A DNA stretch of 63,779 nucleotides, the filler included, from Folioceros fuciformis (taxonomy: Eukaryota), in assembly GCA_049999805.1 (NCBI GenBank). It is 9 parts of 9 records of this genome, joined end to end, with 100 filler letters (N's around TTAATTAATTAA, not from the genome) between each part and the next. Parts side by side here need not be neighbours in the genome. Positions count along the whole stretch, not along the records: positions 1 to 5,345 come from JBNGIO010001994.1; positions 5,446 to 7,548 come from JBNGIO010001996.1; positions 7,649 to 21,348 come from JBNGIO010001997.1; 6 more parts are not named here. The stretch is one strand, 5' to 3'. This document shows, piece by piece, positions 1-11,103 of this stretch. Positions within the stretch are counted from its first letter, which is position 1; each line of letters opens with the position of its first letter. The notes beneath the pieces are model-generated. The model did no database searches, was not told where the DNA came from, and worked only from the letters and a program-made list of their open reading frames with translations. A program made the translations under genes and the position numbers.

Positions 1-1400
1 AAAGGTGGGACCCGTCGTCAATCAGTGCCCGGGGTTTTGCCTCCACAAAGGGATACCCAAGGAGTGGGAGGAACACAAGATCGAGTTGGAACTAGGAGCA
101 GTACCCCTTAGGATTCCTCAGTACAAGCTGAATCCAAAGTACTCACTGAAGGTGAAGGAGCAGCTGGAACTGTACCTCTGAGCGGACATCATTTATCCTA
201 TTGTCACCTCGGAGTGGGTAGTGCCAATTGTCGTGGTACCTAAGAAGCAATTAGGCAAGATCAGAGTGTGCCAAGACTAGTGGAGGCTGAACAAGGTAAC
301 CCAGAAGGACCACTTTCCGCTACCATTCATTGACAACATTTTGGACTTAGTCACGGGACGGATGATGTACTCTTTCCTAGACGAATACTCAAGGTACAAT
401 CAGCTACATCTTCGAGAGAGTGACTAGCCGCTGACTGCATTCACCACCTACTGGGGAACGTATGCCTACAAGCGCAGTGCTTTTGGATTGACTAGAGCGC
501 CAGGGTCTTTCATGAGAGAAATCGTGAAGATTTTCAAGGATTTTCTCCGCGACTTCATGGAAGGTTTCCTAGACGACTTCTACGTGTTCAAGACAAAGGA
601 GGACCATCTACGACACCTAAGGAAATGTTTAGAGAGGTGCAGGGAGGCCAAGTTGTGTCTACACTCAGAGAAATGCTACTTTGGGATGGCAGAAGGCATT
701 TTGCCGGGACACAGGATCTCAGCGAGGGGGATTGAGGTCAACCCTGACAAAGTGAAGATCATCGCAGCTCTCCAACCACCGATGACACTGAAAGAGTTGA
801 GGGGATTTTTGGGCATGGTTGGCTATTACAGAAGGTTCATCAAAAGCTTTGCCAAGAGGGCTGCGCCGTTGACGAGTCTGTTGAGGAAGGACCAAGAATG
901 GGAGTGGACGTCGCCGAGGGAGGAAGCCTTGCAGGATCTGCGAACAACACTTATCTCAACTCCGACACTCAAAGGGCCCAACAAGAGCAAGAAGTTTCAT
1001 GTGTATGTGACGTCTCTGCCTTTGCGATTGGAGTGGTGCTCAGCCAGCGAGATGAGAAGAAAAGGGATTATCCTATCTACTACTCTGGGAGGCAACTCAT
1101 TGAGGCAGAACGGAAGTACACCACCACCGAGAGGGAGGCGTTGGGGATGGTGTATTCGGTCGGGAAATTCCGCCACTACCTGTTGTCCTATGAATGTTTA
1201 CATGTTGATCACTTTGCGCTTAAGCATCTGGTGAACAAGGTGGACTTGTCGAGGAGGATTGCCATGTGGATCTTGCTGTTGCAAGAGTTCACCTTCACGG
1301 TGGAGACTAGGGACGGACGCAAGCAGGTCAATGCCGACTACCTCTCGCGACTGCATACGAAGGAGGTAGTCCAGGATCAGGAGGATCAGTGTGGAGACCC
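1..1400 (+). mobile_element. Ty3/gypsy (non-chromovirus, Athila/Tat-like) pol remnant: reverse transcriptase + RNase H, degraded, integrase absent
   Basis: Translations give SEWVVPIVVVPKK, KDHFPLPFID, FLDDF (RT YxDD position), LRGFLGMVGYYRRFI, and DVSAFAIGVVLSQ / YTTTEREAL (RNase H). There are several in-frame stops and frameshifts between ORFs 488..1234 and 898..1494. Confidence 0.93.
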
Positions 1401-1549
1401 CATGGTAGATAGGCCTCTTAGAAAATGGGTGATATTTGTTTTTTTTGGAGTTTTGATAGAATTCCTTGGAGAGGTAATTAGGAAACTATGTTAGATAAGG
1501 CTAGATTAAAGAGGATGATCAGGAGATAGTGGTGGTGCAGTTCAGAAAG

Positions 1550-4500
1550 TCAACAATCGTCTAGCTAACCCGTGGCCGTGGAAAATGTGAAGTAGGGGGT
1601 AGGGTGTTCCCGTCGAGAGGGACGCCGGCATGTGTGGAGCCCTAAGTCGGGCGTGTGAGGGCAAGTTGTGGCCTCGGGAGCGTGCAAAAGGGGTTGGGCA
1701 TAGGCGTGTGGGTGCCATGCTTAGACTTGCCATGGCCTAGCCCAAGTGCGCTAGGGGGCTGAGCATCCTGAGAGCAGGCAGCTGGATAAGCCAGGAGCAG
1801 GGCCAGGCTTGGTCGGCAAGTGGGTCGACCTGGTGCTATGGTGGATTCCGATAGGCCAGCTGATCGGCGGCTGCAAGCCTCGGTTGGATCCAACAGGCCG
1901 GGGTGACTGCAAGGTGGCTCGAGGCAGGGAATAGAAGGGAGGCCGGAGGCGGGTAGCTAGGCAAGCTGTCGGGCTAGGTAGGCTGGGTCTCGTGGGAAGG
2001 CAGGCTGGGCCGTGGCCAAGCAGCAGGCGACCAGCAGGCTGGCTACCTGGCCAAGGCTTGGAGCCAGCAACGGCCGGCTGTTCGGCCAGCAACGGCCGGC
2101 TGTTCGGCTAGCTAGGCTGGCCGGCTGGTCAAGGCTGGAGGTGGAGGCGAGCTACAAGGGCTTGAGCAGTCTAGTCGGCTAGCTGGACTATGGTCAGCCG
2201 GCGGCCTGTCGGCAGCATGGGGGACCAGCCAGAATGTTGGCAGGCAGCCAGGAGGGTAGTCGGACTAGCGACGGGCCGGTTGTTCAGCTATCCATGCTGT
2301 ACGGCTGGCTAAAGCTGGAAGAGGGGGCGGTGTGGACCCCGTCAGTTGTCTGAAGGCAAGGTCAGCTCCAATGGCTGCAATCAGGGCTGCTGGCCTGGGT
2401 CATGGTGAGTGGGCGGTAGGTCAGGCAAGCGACGGCGCTGTGTAGCAGGCTGAGGCTCGGCTAAGGACCCGGCGGAGTCTAGCAGGCAGGTGGCGGCACG
2501 GATCCTGCCAAACGGCTACAAACAAGCAGCCCAGTACCGGCTGCAGACGGGCAGCTTGGTCTGGCTGCAAGCAGGCAACCTGGCCTGGTTGCAGGCCGCC
2601 AGCCACTGCAGGAAGGCAGCCTCGCAGCGGCAGTAGGGACAGGGTGGTGTGTGGTTTTGGCCAGAGGGTAGATCCGACTAGGCAACCAGCGGGTTGGGGG
2701 AAGTCTTGGCCGGAGGGAGTATCGGATCGGCAGGCTGGCTGCCTACTAGATCTGAAAGGCAGGCCAGGCGGATCCAGGCGGCGGCGCTGGATCTGCGAGT
2801 GTACCAGGCCGGCAGGCAGGTTGGTCAACCAGATGGGCGGTCTGCCTGGGGAGTCGGCCAGCCAGGGTGCAGGCGGCCTGGCCGGGTGCTCGGGGCTGGC
2901 GAATGGCGGCCGGTTGGAAGGGGTCCTGGTAGGGGAAAGCCTGGCCAAATCGGCGAGGTGGCCACCAGGAGGCTAGCAGGCTAGCCGGGTTGGCTGATTG
3001 GTTGCGGCTGGAGGTGGCATGGCAGGGCCTTGGAGGACGGCCAGGCCAGCAGCGCGGCGGCAGCCGGTGGGAGACTTGCTGGCTGGTAGGTGAACATGGC
3101 AGGCTGGTCGGATCCCGAAGCCAGGCAGTCGCCCGGCCTGCTGGCAACTGGGGCAGATCCAGGCTGGTCGGGATTGGGGCTGGATCCGGAGGTTACCAGG
3201 CAGGCCGGCAGCGCAGGCAAGCCAGGGGTGGCGCCCAATCCTGGCAGGCTGTGGCTGGCCGATCCTGGAGCCAGGCAAGCGGCTGGCTGCTGAGGAGCAG
3301 GCAGCTAGCCGGGCTAAGCAGCAGGCAGGCAGCCCCGCAGCGGTGGAGGTAGGCCAGATGGGGGCAAGGCGCTCCGAGGGGCTGTGGCAGGTCTCCAGGG
3401 CAATCTATGGCAAACCGGTGGCCAGCTAGTGGTCTAGCGGGCTTCTAAGGAGCCTAGCCAATAGCCCAGCGTTCTAGGCAGCCCAGCAGCGTTAGCTGCG
3501 CCAGGCAGCCAGGCCGGGCAGGCTGGCTGGCTAGCCAGATCTGGAAGGCAGACAGCGAGACAAGTTGCTGGAGCGCTGGCTGGAGCATGGCCAGGCAGCA
3601 AGGCAGCCAGGCAAGGCTGCCAAATCTAAGCAGATGCTGGCCGGATGGCCAAACAACCCAACCCGGCCTGGGCAGTAGGAGGTCGGCGGAGCTAGGCCAA
3701 AGCCAGGAAGGTTGGCGGCTGGCGGGCTCGCCGGATTCGGACCAGGAGCGCAGGCAGGCCAGGTGGGTGTGGTCGGCCTCGCGGGACGCTAGAGGCGGGC
3801 TGTCGGTAGGGTGCTCTGGGCATGGCAGACCGGGGCAGGGTTGAGGTAGGCCGCGTGGTGGCGGTTTAGCCGGATCCGCAGGGGTGGCAGGCTGGGAGCC
3901 TGATATGGACTACGGCAGCTGGCCAGCGGGCTCAGGCGGCCCCCTGGCTAGATCAGATGGCAGGCTAGCTGCGACTAGTCGAGCTGGGGCCAATCAGCCA
4001 TTGGGCGGCTGGCGGCCGGCTGGGGGAATCCAAGCAGGTGGTTGGCCTAGCGGCAGCTGGTTGAGGAGCGGGCAGCCCAGCCTGGCCAGGCAGCCACGCA
4101 AGGCTGCCAGATCCAGGAGGCGGCCAGAGTCCAGGTCGCAAGTGGCCGGATTCAAGCAAATAGGGGGTCGCGCATCAAGGCTGGTGCAAGCGAATTGAAA
4201 CCAGACAAGCGGCTGGCTGCAGGGGGCAGGATCCGGTGGAGGCAGGTAGGTTGGTCGAGGCCGGGTAGAGCAGCCCGGCTTGCGGGCAACCTGACTAGTT
4301 GACGAGTAGACTGGCTGTAGGGGAATTCAGCCAGATAGCCAAGCCGATCCGGCTGGCTGGCAGGCGAATCCAAGCCCAGCCGGATCGTTTAGGCTGGCCG
4401 GGATCGCGTTTGGCAGGTTGGCTGGCTAGAAGGCACCGAGAGGCCTGGATCAGGATCTAAGCAGGCGGCTGCTAAGCGGGCGGACTGGATCCAAGTGGTT

Positions 4501-4800
4501 GGCTAGCCTAAGCAGATGGCAAGGCAGTGGCGGTACAGCTAGGTTGCAGGACGGCTAGGCAGTCGGGCAAGGTTGCCAGGTCCTGGGTGGCGGGGCTAGA
4601 AGTTGGGGATTCAGGGACAAGGTGGAGGGGAAGCAGCTCGAGTCTGGCTCTGGCTCGAGTCATGCTTCGAGCAGGGAGGCTACGGTGGTGTGGACAAAGG
4701 TTGGGGGCGCAGCCCGCCAGGTGAATGCGTGTAGACAAAGCTGAGGGACCTGCGAACTGCCCCATCCAGGTGGAAAGCCTAGTACAGGTGTGTTGCTAGC
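1550..4800. repeat. G-rich, GC-rich low-complexity region (GGCT/GGCA/GGCC/CTAG motifs), probably the internal non-coding part of the gypsy element
   Basis: Dense reiteration of ggcaggc/ggctggc/ggccagc motifs, with a 22-bp tandem copy near 2065-2108. It lies between pol and the PPT/LTR, and its overlapping ORFs have no recognisable domain. Confidence 0.65.
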
Positions 4801-5091
4801 TGGTGGGAAGCCCAGTGATAGTTATGTTGGCAAAGATGGTGGATTGTTGCTTCGAGTGCCAAGCTTACAAGGTGCCCACTCAAGAGCACTAGATGAGTAG
4901 CTCTACTAGGTCATGGGCCTTGGCCAACAGAATGGAGGGAAGGATCTGAAGACGGTGGGGTCTCTAAAGGATTGCAGATGATCTAAGGGAAAGGAGAGGA
5001 TCAGAGAGGGGAAGAGAGTGTCGAGAGGCACTCACGATTTTTGGTAGTTTTGAGAGGTTGATTATTTTTTATAAGAGCAACCAGGGGCACA

Positions 5092-5154
5092 AGTCAGGGT
5101 TAGGGTTAGGTTAGAGTCAGGGTTAGGATTAGGTCAGACTTAGGTTTAGGGTTT
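5092..5154 (+). repeat. Degenerate TTAGGG-like short tandem array
   Basis: gtcagggttagggttaggttagagtcagggttaggattaggtcagacttaggtttagggtttt. Confidence 0.7.
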
Positions 5155-5219
5155 TGACAAGTGGAGGGTTCTGTCGGAGGCGTGTTGACCTAGTTAGGCA
5201 GTGACATGGGTTCCTGGCC

Positions 5220-5345
5220 AAGGGGGTATAAGAGATGTGAACCTCCAAAGTTTGGGGTAGTAGTTTGTTTTGGTTGAAAAAGGGTTAATAGTGGTATGGT
5301 TTGGTTTTCTTTTTCAACTTATTTTCCCTAATTTTCCTTGATTTT
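5220..5345 (+). mobile_element. Polypurine tract and start of the 3' LTR (TG at 5236) of the gypsy element, truncated by a gap
   Basis: Purine-rich aagggggtataagaga is immediately followed by TGTGAACCTCC. The following ~110 bp are nearly identical to 32751-32860, and the match begins exactly at the TG. Confidence 0.85.
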
Positions 5346-5445
5346 NNNNNNNNNNNNNNNNNNNNNNNNNNNNNNNNNNNNNNNNNNNNTTAATTAATTA
5401 ANNNNNNNNNNNNNNNNNNNNNNNNNNNNNNNNNNNNNNNNNNNN
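5346..5445. other. Artificial contig linker (N-run/TTAATTAATTAA/N-run); repeated at 7549-7648, 21349-21448, 31103-31202, 33285-33384, 36619-36718, 61027-61126, 62373-62472
   Basis: Identical 100-nt spacer eight times, with a palindromic 12-mer giving stops in all six frames. Confidence 0.97.
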
Positions 5446-6854
5446 GCAGGCCTCAGAGAGACAGGTTGCAGGTGGGGGACCTGAACAAGTTGCGAGAATT
5501 CCTGGGCAGACAAATCACGGCGAGAGGAATGGGCACCGGAGGAGTGCAAAAGGTGGACCTACCCGGGCTGACTGCTGCGATGGTACAGGCCCAAGCAGAC
5601 CTCCTGGATCAGGCTGCTAGGGCCTTGACCTGGTTAAGTGTACAAGCGGAGCAAGAGGCCGAGGCTTGGGGAAAGGAGGAGAAGGCTCATGAGCGAGAGG
5701 CTGAAGCAAGGAAGCAACTGGTGGAGTCGGAGATGGCACGACAACTGCTGGAGGAGAAGCAGCGGGTCCTAGACAGGGAGAAGGCTCAAGCTGAGGAAGA
5801 GGCGCGTGAGGCGAGGGCTGAAGTGCAGGCACTGAAAGAGCAACAGGGGACCCTGCTAGCTCAGGTGAGGGAGGCTCACGAGACTAACCTGGAGATGCAA
5901 CAGGAAATGGCTAGGGCACAGGAGATGGAGATAGCCGCTGTGGAGCAGGCTCAGAAGTTGGCTGACAGATACAAGAGGGAGCGGGATGAGGCCAGAGAGA
6001 GAGTGAAGGGGAAGAGCAAGGCTGGGAGACCGAGTCAGTTGGTGCCCTCGGTAGCAGAAGGGGCTACCGGTAGCCGAACCAGGGGAACGGTAGTTGAGGG
6101 GACTACCGGTAGTCTAGTAGTCCACGGGACTACCGATAGTCGAGTAGCCGACAGGGCTACCGGTGGCCCAGCAAGGCCCAGGATAGCGGAAGAACCAACC
6201 CTAGAAACGAAGGAGGAAGCAATAGGGGCGCCTGCCCCTAGGCGCTCCAGGAGGGTGACCCGTACCAGGAGGATAGAGCCGGAGGAGGCAATAGCTGGGC
6301 AGGCAGAGAACCTTCAGGTACCCCAACAAGAGGGGGAGCAGGCAACCCGAGGTAGCCCAAGGAAGGACGGGGTAAGCACCTCTGTTATGATAGAAGGTCG
6401 GATTGTGTTGCAGTATGAGGAGGAGGCCTCCTATGTGCCTATGCTGTATGTAGAAGAGGCCAAAGTTCTGAAGCTGTTTCTGTATGTACGTATGGGCACA
6501 GGAGGGACGCGGGGCTACGTCCTACAGCTGAGGACGCGCCTGGGACTCTACCACTACAAATGGTGGGTGACAGGACTGCCGCACTGCTATGCGGAGGCAG
6601 TTCTAGAGGAACTAACGGAAGAGGAGGCCCAGCGCTGGGTAAAACGGGGGCCTGTGGCTGTCCTTAGCAACCAGAGAAGGAGGAGGGGTGGTGGACCACA
6701 GCAGCGGGACCCACCTGCGCCGCCAGCCAGGTCCAGCAGCAGCAGCAGTGATGTGGAGATCCTCTGGGAGGATCTGCCGGACCAACGGAGGGGCAGAAGA
6801 GCGAGAGGAGGAACAGCAAGGGGTGACACGCGAAGGCCAGGAGGAAGCCGCTAG
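5446..6854 (+). CDS. Intronless coiled-coil ORF, probably a transposon accessory ORF; 5' truncated; paralog of 37322-38720
   Basis: 462-aa open frame. VDLPGLTAAMVQAQADLLDQAARALT matches VDLLGLTAAMVQAQVEVLDQAARALT near 38190-38270. It has an E/Q/R/A-rich coiled coil and short internal repeats (EGATGS/EGTTGS/HGTTDS/DRATGG). Confidence 0.6.
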
Positions 6855-7648
6855 CGGCATGGAAAACGGCGACAGTAAATGCAGGCTAGAATAGGATTTT
6901 TTTTAGCGTGCTTTATTTGGACCTAAGTCGCTTAGGATTTAAGAGCGCAGCTCCCCTGCCTGACAGACTTTCTGGCGGAAAAACTGCCATCACCGTGTAC
7001 AAGAGGCCGGTTTGGAGGCCTAAGGAATCAGCAAGCACCAGCCGAACAGTCGACCTTGCAGGGACCTAGCGATGGCCGTTGCTGGATAGGAGGTCCAGGC
7101 AAGCGAGCGCACGTAGTAACCAGGGGTGCGGGTGTAGGTGGTGGGCGCTCCGTGATCAGGTCCGGGGACGAATCGGGAGGAGGAGCCTCGCCGAGTGGGA
7201 GAGAAGCTCCCCAGCTATCCTCGAGGTGGTCACGTGGGGTGGTGTGGGTGTCGGAGCCGAATCCGCGAGTGCGGAGTGGAAGGGACTCCTCTTCCCTTAG
7301 CTCCGGTACCTCACCATTCCTCAACGTTAATTGGAGCCCATGAGGGGGCATCGCTGAGAAAGAAGACTGAAGAACAAGAGAAAGGAGAGCGCGGGCGCGC
7401 GCGTGTGTGAGAAGGAGGAGGAGCGAGTGGCCGAGTAGGGGGGATAAGAGAGAACAAAGCCGGGGCGACCCCGGAGGCGAGGTGTGTAATGTGTGTGGGG
7501 TGCACGAGACGCGGTGTGTATGAGTGACTGGTCGCGATGAGACTGGAGNNNNNNNNNNNNNNNNNNNNNNNNNNNNNNNNNNNNNNNNNNNNTTAATTAA
7601 TTAANNNNNNNNNNNNNNNNNNNNNNNNNNNNNNNNNNNNNNNNNNNN

Positions 7649-8659
7649 TCATTTCTTCGTCCTAGTGTGTGTTTTTCGTGGGATCCTTTATCAAAACAAT
7701 GGCAGCCTATGCCACCTTTGTCATTTCTTCCACGTTGTACGGCACGTCCAGATTTATCACCCAAGATTTTGGCGAGTGATAAAGGTTTATTAGTCACAAA
7801 AAATTACTTTCAAGATTTCATGTATGTTTGTAATCCCATGACAACTTTGTACAAAAAACTGTCACCCATGGTTGGGTCTATCAATCCAAAGGTAGTCCAC
7901 ATGATTACCGACATCAAAAACAAAACATACAAAATCTATGCAATCTCATTCAAGGATGACACCACTTGGGGAGGCTGGAAAAAATTAGACTCTGATTTCA
8001 TAGATTTAAACAACAGCTTCTCAAGAATCGAAATGTATGACTCTGCAATCGGTTCATGGACTTTGATGCCCAGCACTGCTCCTACTTCACATGCCGCAAA
8101 AATGATGCAAGATTTCTTATTTTTTCCATTATGCATAGGCAGTGTGTACTATGGTGGACAAATCTATTGTCTGTGTCAAAGAACAACAGGTGATGTACAA
8201 TGTTGTTTGCTCCGGTACAACATTGAACAATGCGAATGGAGAGGTCCTGACGAAGTTCCTGTCAAATTAGGTTGGTTTCCTGAGATAGTTGTCTGTGGAG
8301 TTCACGTGTTTTTATTGGGTTATCATCCTGAACTTTTTGGTCGAGGGTTTAGTATCTATAAGTTTAACCCAAAGCTAGAGGAAGTTAAGCTCGAAGTAGT
8401 AGCACCTCCAGATAAAAATGAAATAATTGTGCAGTGGAATGGTTTTAAAGCTGTAGCATTCAACAACTTTATTTGCATATCCTCTCCAAATTACGAACAT
8501 GGAATTTTGTATAATGTGATTAATAAATCTTGGGAAAATTGGGACCATCCTAGTTCACTCATATGGCCCAGAGATGATGAGTTTTTCCCCTTTGCACCTG
8601 ATACTGTGACAACACATTTTTTGGCATTTGAAGCAAGCATCACTGCGTCTGTAGATTAA
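7649..8659 (+). CDS. F-box/kelch-repeat-like protein, C-terminal beta-propeller region; 5' end lost in the gap
   Basis: Plant F-box/kelch signatures: WDPLSKQW..P.LSFLP, LASDKGLL, YVCNPMT..YKKL.PM, EMYDSAIGSW, LYNVINKSW, and a terminal AFEAS. Intronless. Confidence 0.78.
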   Translation, partial: SFLRPSVCFSWDPLSKQWQPMPPLSFLPRCTARPDLSPKILASDKGLLVTKNYFQDFMYVCNPMTTLYKKLSPMVGSINPKVVHMITDIKNKTYKIYAISFKDDTTWGGWKKLDSDFIDLNNSFSRIEMYDSAIGSWTLMPSTAPTSHAAKMMQDFLFFPLCIGSVYYGGQIYCLCQRTTGDVQCCLLRYNIEQCEWRGPDEVPVKLGWFPEIVVCGVHVFLLGYHPELFGRGFSIYKFNPKLEEVKLEVVAPPDKNEIIVQWNGFKAVAFNNFICISSPNYEHGILYNVINKSWENWDHPSSLIWPRDDEFFPFAPDTVTTHFLAFEASITASVD

Positions 8660-8898
8660 TTTGTGCATATTAAAAAATATTTAGTGGAAAGTTTAAGAAG
8701 GTGATGTAAAAGCATATCAAGAAAGCAACAAATAAATATGGCTGGTACAAATTGTTTACCTATTTGTGCAACAAAGAAGTTTGAAGAAATTAATTATGTT
8801 TTAAAAATATTTGAGTATAATATTTTGTTTTATTATTGTAGAGTAAGTGGTATGCATATGGAAATGAGACTTATTTAAATTGCTCAAAGTTTAAGAGC

Positions 8899-10347
8899 AT
8901 GCCTATAACACCAGTGTATAAGTGGAAAGAGAGCAAAACATGGGTGACAATTGATGTGAGCTTTGGATCTGTTACTCCAAATTCGGCAGATATTACGTCA
9001 ACTGAGTGTTTCATTCGAGTAACATGCTTTCCTTATCTTTTCCAAGTTGATCTTAAAGGAGAGATCAATAACCAGAAAAGCTCGGTATCTATAGGAAGAA
9101 ATCATGTGAGTTTCTTTTTAACAAAGAAGGAAGAAGGGTTATGGGGACGACTCACAGCCACAGGTGACAAGGAGAGGTTGTTAGAGAGACGCGAAAGTTC
9201 ACTAGAAGCTTATAGATTACACTCACAACAGGCAAAGGAATCAAGGAAAGCTAATGTCGCTCAATTAGGAAGAGCTATAGTTGGGAAGCAGATTAGTTTA
9301 GAGGATTCTAAGCGTCAAGTTATTGAAAACCGGAAAAACCAAGAGCTCAACCTTGAAAGGAATGTTTTACAATCTTGGCAAACGTCTTCCAAGATTGTGA
9401 AAACTGCACATAAGAATTGTAATGCAGCAGTGAAGGTTGGTTTCAATTGTGATAAGAGAATTGAAGTGGAACAAAAGCCATTGAAAGAAGAAGTGGATGA
9501 GTTGTGTGATTGTGCTGGATTTGAGAGTAAGAGTTGTCAACCTTATGGGAATGAAGAGGAAAGCATGCAAGAAACAATTCTTCCAGCTCCTAGGGCATAC
9601 AATGTTGTTCCTATAAGGTTCTCACAGAAATGCATTCCTCTTCATCTACCAGCTCGAGAAAGCAGGAACAATGAAGTCAAGTTGAAACCCAACACATCTC
9701 ATTTGACAAGTGATGTAGATAAAGTGAATGATGTTTCTGAAATAGTTCCTATCTTCCAACAAGATCAAGCAAATCGACATTTCAAAAATGCAGATTTTGG
9801 TGCAGCTATTGAGCACTATACTTCAGCTATCCAGAAGGACCCTAGTATGACACTTTGTTATGCAAATCGAGCAGCTTGCTATCTGCAAAGAAAGAGCTTT
9901 CAAGCTTGTGTGGATGATTCTACAATTGCAATTGATATGTTGAAAAGGTTGATTTCTACAGCAGCTCAACAGCCTTGGTCCATTTCGACCAAAACCACCA
10001 TTTCTGCACTCCTTCAAGAACAAACATCTTGTTCTTCCAATGTATCTATGATTTCAGACTCTCTTCTAAGGCATGGAGATGCATTATACTTGTTGACTCC
10101 CCTTGTTGAACCTCGTAGTCTTCGATTGAAGAACGATGACCAAGAAATCTATCAATGGAATGTTGTTATGTTGAGTTGTGTTTTACTTAGAAGAGGTGTT
10201 GCCAAGTGTGAGTTGGACCAACTACATGAAGCTTGCTCAGACTTGAAAGAGGCATTGCATTTTGATCCTACAAATGAATGCATTGCCAACTCTCTCAATG
10301 AAGTGCGGTGTAAGATAGTAGTGAAGAGTGATACTTGTCATAACTAA
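8899..10347 (+). CDS. DNAAF4: Dynein axonemal assembly factor 4 (DYX1C1/PF23-like): CS/p23 domain, coiled coil, TPRs
   Basis: N-terminal CS-like MPITPVYKWKES...FPYLFQVDL...FFLTKKEEGLWGRL, a central PAPR...LPARES motif, and C-terminal TPRs (AIEHYTSAI..DP..CYANRAACYL; LLRRGVA..EL..A..DLKEALHFDP). Single exon of 482 aa. Confidence 0.85.
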   Translation: MPITPVYKWKESKTWVTIDVSFGSVTPNSADITSTECFIRVTCFPYLFQVDLKGEINNQKSSVSIGRNHVSFFLTKKEEGLWGRLTATGDKERLLERRESSLEAYRLHSQQAKESRKANVAQLGRAIVGKQISLEDSKRQVIENRKNQELNLERNVLQSWQTSSKIVKTAHKNCNAAVKVGFNCDKRIEVEQKPLKEEVDELCDCAGFESKSCQPYGNEEESMQETILPAPRAYNVVPIRFSQKCIPLHLPARESRNNEVKLKPNTSHLTSDVDKVNDVSEIVPIFQQDQANRHFKNADFGAAIEHYTSAIQKDPSMTLCYANRAACYLQRKSFQACVDDSTIAIDMLKRLISTAAQQPWSISTKTTISALLQEQTSCSSNVSMISDSLLRHGDALYLLTPLVEPRSLRLKNDDQEIYQWNVVMLSCVLLRRGVAKCELDQLHEACSDLKEALHFDPTNECIANSLNEVRCKIVVKSDTCHN

Positions 10348-10537
10348 GTGAGTGTTCTAAGATTTGGTATAAAATATTCCTCTATCTCAATACCTTCAAA
10401 GTCTCAAAGATGTTGTTATGGCGTAAGATAGTAGTGAAGAGTGATACTTGTCATAACTAAGTGAGTGTTCTAAGATTTGATATAAAATATTCCTCTATCT
10501 CAATACCTTCAAAGTCTCAAAGATGTTGTTATGGCGT
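10310..10537 (+). repeat. 113-bp tandem duplication spanning the DNAAF4 stop codon and 3' UTR
   Basis: gtaagatagtagtgaagagt...gatgttgttatggc occurs at 10310 and 10423, with one visible mismatch (tttggtat vs tttgatat). Confidence 0.95.
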
Positions 10538-11103
10538 TCCTGTTATTTCATGCTTGTTCCTACTCTCTGATGATGCAAGTTTGCAAATCATCTACCCAAG
10601 AACAAAGGGGTACATACTTGCTTCAAGAAGGGTTCAGTGTTAGTTTAGATTAAGTGTTTCGTTAATCTAATCCATTATTAACCTGCCACAAAGACGACGG
10701 ACCGTTTGATTCGAATTACGTGAACTCCGTTGTTGAACAATCGCGTTGCCCAGCTTCGACTCGTCTCGCATTTGGTCTAAGCAAAACTGTATGTGGCGTC
10801 GTCAGTATTTGTTGTGACATGTGGCAGAGACACTGGGCTCACGTAAGCCTGGGACGCCACGCAATTCGCAGAAAGCAGGACCTCCCTTAGGTCAAGTCAT
10901 GAGTCACGACTTACACACAGTTCATGGTTTGCCATGGTAGCAGCCTGTGAAGGCTGGCGACTCGGCTCTTTGCGATCACTGCTCCGCTCTGCTTTGCTCT
11001 GCCGCCGGCATGGCAAGTTTGCCATTTGCTGCCAAGCTCGCCGCCAGGTAGACGGAGCGATTTAGCCGGTGCCAAGGCGATTTCCCGCTGATCTGGCCCC
11101 GCC

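Noticed and set aside
1542-4765. Many overlapping Pro/Ala/Gly/Arg-rich ORFs on both strands
   Set aside because: Expected from GC-rich low-complexity DNA; no domain motifs.
5346-5445. Recurring TTAATTAATTAA palindrome flanked by Ns, superficially repeat-array-like
   Set aside because: Artificial six-frame-stop linker. Adjacency of sequences across these linkers is not evidence of real linkage.
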